Of a DNA stretch of 64,000 bases, positions 60,811-64,000 are shown piece by piece. A model generated the notes under the pieces. The model made no database searches, was not told the origin of the DNA, and worked only from the letters and a program-made list of their open reading frames with translations. This DNA is from Chiloscyllium plagiosum (taxonomy: Eukaryota): contig NC_057756.1 in NCBI RefSeq assembly GCF_004010195.1, positions 4,185,603-4,249,602 on the forward strand, in the 5' to 3' direction. Each line of letters opens with the position of its first letter. Position 1 is the first letter of the stretch. The position numbers were made by a program, and so were the translations under genes.

Positions 60811-63800
60811 TATCAGAACACATGCCATGACAAATGCTGTCGATTGATCGAAAACCACTTTTCCTAATCAAGTAAGAAACAGAAAAATATCTTGAAATAC
60901 ATTGTCTATGCATGCTATAACAAATTACTGGATGAAACAGAATGCTTTCTGAACGAAGATGGCAGCCGGCATTGTGTCACTAATGTAAGATATGGACTTT
61001 ATGCCTGTGTCTATATGTTCCTTGGCCAGTCCATTGAGTAGTTCGCCTAAGATTAAAAACAATCTGATAATAACAATAAGGATGCAGCATCCAATGGAAT
61101 GTATGAGCTATTTCGTTTCCATTACTAAATGTAAATAAGTTTACAAAAATACTTTCAATTGTTCGTTGTTCCAAATTGTTTTAATGTCACTCCCAAATGC
61201 TTTATTGCATATATATTTGTCTGATTATATTTGATCATTTCAGTTGGTTAAAACACACATGCATTCTTTCTGGAGCTGCACGAATAAAAGTAATTTTGTT
61301 TGAACAGGTGTGAATTTTATTTAGCGACGGCTGCAATCACCTCTCTTTCTCGGTCTACGAGCTCCGCTGCTGCTTCAGTTGGTGGTTTCTTTTCAAGTTT
61401 TTGTTGAGTATTTACTGAGTGTTCACTGCATTTTCACTTATCCCTCAGTAACAAAAAATAATCCTCCGTCATCCTAATCCTTACTGTTTGCGATTTCCAA
61501 TAACTGCTGTTGGCGGCTCTTTAGATCTGTTTTGCGAATATTCTGTCAGGTGTGAGTTATTTAGTTGTTTATCCACTTACAAAGTCGAATTTCGAGCCAT
61601 CGTTTCATTGACTGCCGACCTCTGCAGGATCCTCAAGTAGTATACATAATGAGGTAAAATACAAGGAGACGACGTACATTGTTTGAAGTTATATTTCGCA
61701 CTAGATCTACTCCTAGCCATATTCCATCATTCATCTGTCGCGCCCACACCAACAACCTGAGAAGTCCAGTCAGTATAGCCGATTTAAAAACATGCATTTC
61801 CAGAGTTTGTGCCAAAATGTGATTAAGAACCCTTCTAACCTCCTTCCCTTACTCAACCCTCTCTAAATACTCAAGCAAACAGTGCGAGCCAGAACTTGTC
61901 ATCTTCATGTATACTATAATGTGATTTTTTTGGCCATCTTAACTACCAATTTGAGTCTCTTGTGTCTAAACCGTAACATTAATGCCACCATGCAACAGAT
62001 CTCCGTACATGCTTCAATGTTCTAACATTGTTCTACCCAACATCACGACACTGTTCGTGAAAGAAATTGTTTCTTTCTCACATCTCCTTGTAACTTTCTC
62101 CTTTCAAATTAAAGCGAGTAAGTACATTTCTAATCCGAAAAAAAGAAGGCTCCGAGTACCCAGTCTGCCCATGCCTCTCATGGTGTTGCCCTTCAACCAC
62201 CAACGGTTCAAATGAAAAGAAATTGGGTTTTCTATTCTCTCCTTAAACCTAATTCCTTCCAAACTAGGCGAAAGTTGTTTTCTCTCTTTCTACAATTAGA
62301 CAACATTTCCCACCTCTGTGATTAACCTCATATATACATATTACTTCGTCTGCCAGGATTTTAACTATTAAGCAAATTTTGATTATATGTTTCACCGTAC
62401 ACTCGTTAATTCCTCTTGACTGTTTGCCACGATGCTAGAGATATTTGATTCTGTACCTAGAAAAAACAAATATGATAGTACAATTACTTGCATTATGAAT
62501 GCGATTTTGACAGATGTTAAACAATCAAGTACAGCGTACTGGTCCATTTAACATTTGTCATATTGGGACATCATCCACAAAATGTCTCAGTCTGCTGATC
62601 CCTTCTTATTTATTCACTCCTGCGTAAGTGGTTGGTCTTCTGCGACTGACCATCATGAGTTGCCCTTGAGGAGTTGTGGTGATTTGCCTTCTCGAAGAGT
62701 TGCATTTCATGTGGTACTTTCTATCATTCTGACAAACTTTAATCCTTGCTAATGTAGTACCGCCAGCATTTTCGACTCTCACTGTATTAAGGGGTGAATA
62801 CTTAATATCCCATGAAACTATGTTTGGAAATACATACTTAAATGCCTCTTGGGAGTACAGTTTTGAAGAAGATCAGGAAGCAGAAATCCAAAAATGCAAG
62901 AATATGTCATCTGAGGACACTTGGATTTACGAACATTTTCTTCCTGTAATTACCAATTGTTTTCAGCAACTATTTTACATGTACAACTCGGCTGTAAAAC
63001 TGAATGAACGATTAAAGCAAATTTACTTTTGCTTGTGAACGTGACCAGATATTTACCATTTAATGAGACCCCACCGAATATCAAGATGAACTAACGAATA
63101 CAGATGTGTAAAAACGTAAACTGCTTCATCTTTATGGTTGTATTCTGGTCAATGAATTAGGTACCATTCGATAATAAGAAAAGATAAAGAATATTGCCTT
63201 GATGACAGATTATCTGACAGTGTATTAGTAAGCAAAATTTATAATGTTAGACTGCAATCCCGAAAAGACTTATGTAAAAAAAAACACATAAACCATATTG
63301 GCGACTCAACAGTGCACATCCACGTGTTGTGTTGCACACAAGTTTTCTTGAGTTTTACAGCGGTTGTATCATTAATGCAGCTTCAATTCATTATCCTTTG
63401 TAATGCTTAAATGAGTTTAACTTCTACGTAGGAATGCTTATACAGTAAGAATGAAATTGATTCATAAGCGAAGTTTGTGTTCTCAACTCTGACGAGTGAA
63501 TTCTTGTGTTGAATTTGCCTGCTGGATATCTCGGTTATATCACATTCAAACATGTATGGCTCCTATTGAAGGTCAAAGCTATTTGCACTCCTTTGACATA
63601 AAAAAATCTACAAAGAGCCCTTCTAAAGCATGTTTGTCTTTCATATAATTCTTACATATGAGAAATGAATTTGCAGCTTATAAAATGCATTAACAGATAT
63701 TACACGAAAGTTGGAACAGATCATACACGTTATAACATGGTAAAAATGTTAATGATATGTTTGCTGTTTATTATTTTATAACAAAGGAATGTTCAGCAAT

Positions 63801-64000
63801 TCTTATGAAAATTAGCCCAATAATTCATCTAGCCCGAGGTTTCGTTCATGCATTAATTAGTAAGCTGGCAATCCAAGCTTATGCAATATAATGCCATTCA
63901 TTTTTTGTCGGTTTTTAACAGTCAAAATTGAAATTTCATGCATATATGCATTTCTTTCTGCCTTGACATTCCTTGAGCACTGCAAGCACGTACAAAACAT

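Noticed and set aside
61525..61551. 27-nt segment with gtgagt donor (DLFCEYSVR)
   Set aside because: No paralogy to other exons; surrounding sequence looks like old repeat
62820..63038. ORF containing EIQKCKN, resembling a class D exon
   Set aside because: No GT at the expected end, purine-rich acceptor; another frame resembles a LINE C-terminal RxxRFxNSFFP-type motif
1..64000. B30.2, Ig-domain, C-type lectin exons, V(D)J RSS arrays, CRISPR or prokaryotic systems
   Set aside because: Looked for by eye and not found; a profile search of six-frame translations would be needed to exclude degenerate copies

Overview
AT-rich, repeat-dense vertebrate genomic DNA, very likely a shark (HE1-type V-SINEs, abundant CR1 LINEs and Penelope-like elements; taxon is an inference). 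Nearly all ORFs in the supplied track are transposon debris or noise. The host gene is missed by the ORF track: a + strand gene built from symmetrical phase-1 micro-exons (18, 27 and 36 nt) with canonical AG/GT ends. Twelve well-supported exons between 3372 and 45320 splice into a stop-free 117-aa coiled coil with six Leu spaced exactly 7 apart across exon junctions and recurring core Cys. The exons fall into four paralogous classes. Decayed copies with dead acceptors lie at 52.6-53.9 kb and candidate terminal exons at 59.9-60.8 kb. The 5' end lies upstream of the window, so family identity (butyrophilin/BG-like tail vs extracellular stalk) cannot be settled here. The introns hold nested CR1 LINEs, two decayed Gmr1-like Gypsy elements (integrase before RT), solo LTRs, SINEs, Penelope-like fragments with minimal hammerhead-ribozyme motifs (one in a perfect 71-bp inverted repeat with a 12-bp TSD), a roughly 47-unit GAA tract and one 333-nt assembly gap. 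Repeat boundaries are approximate; exon coordinates were read base by base.
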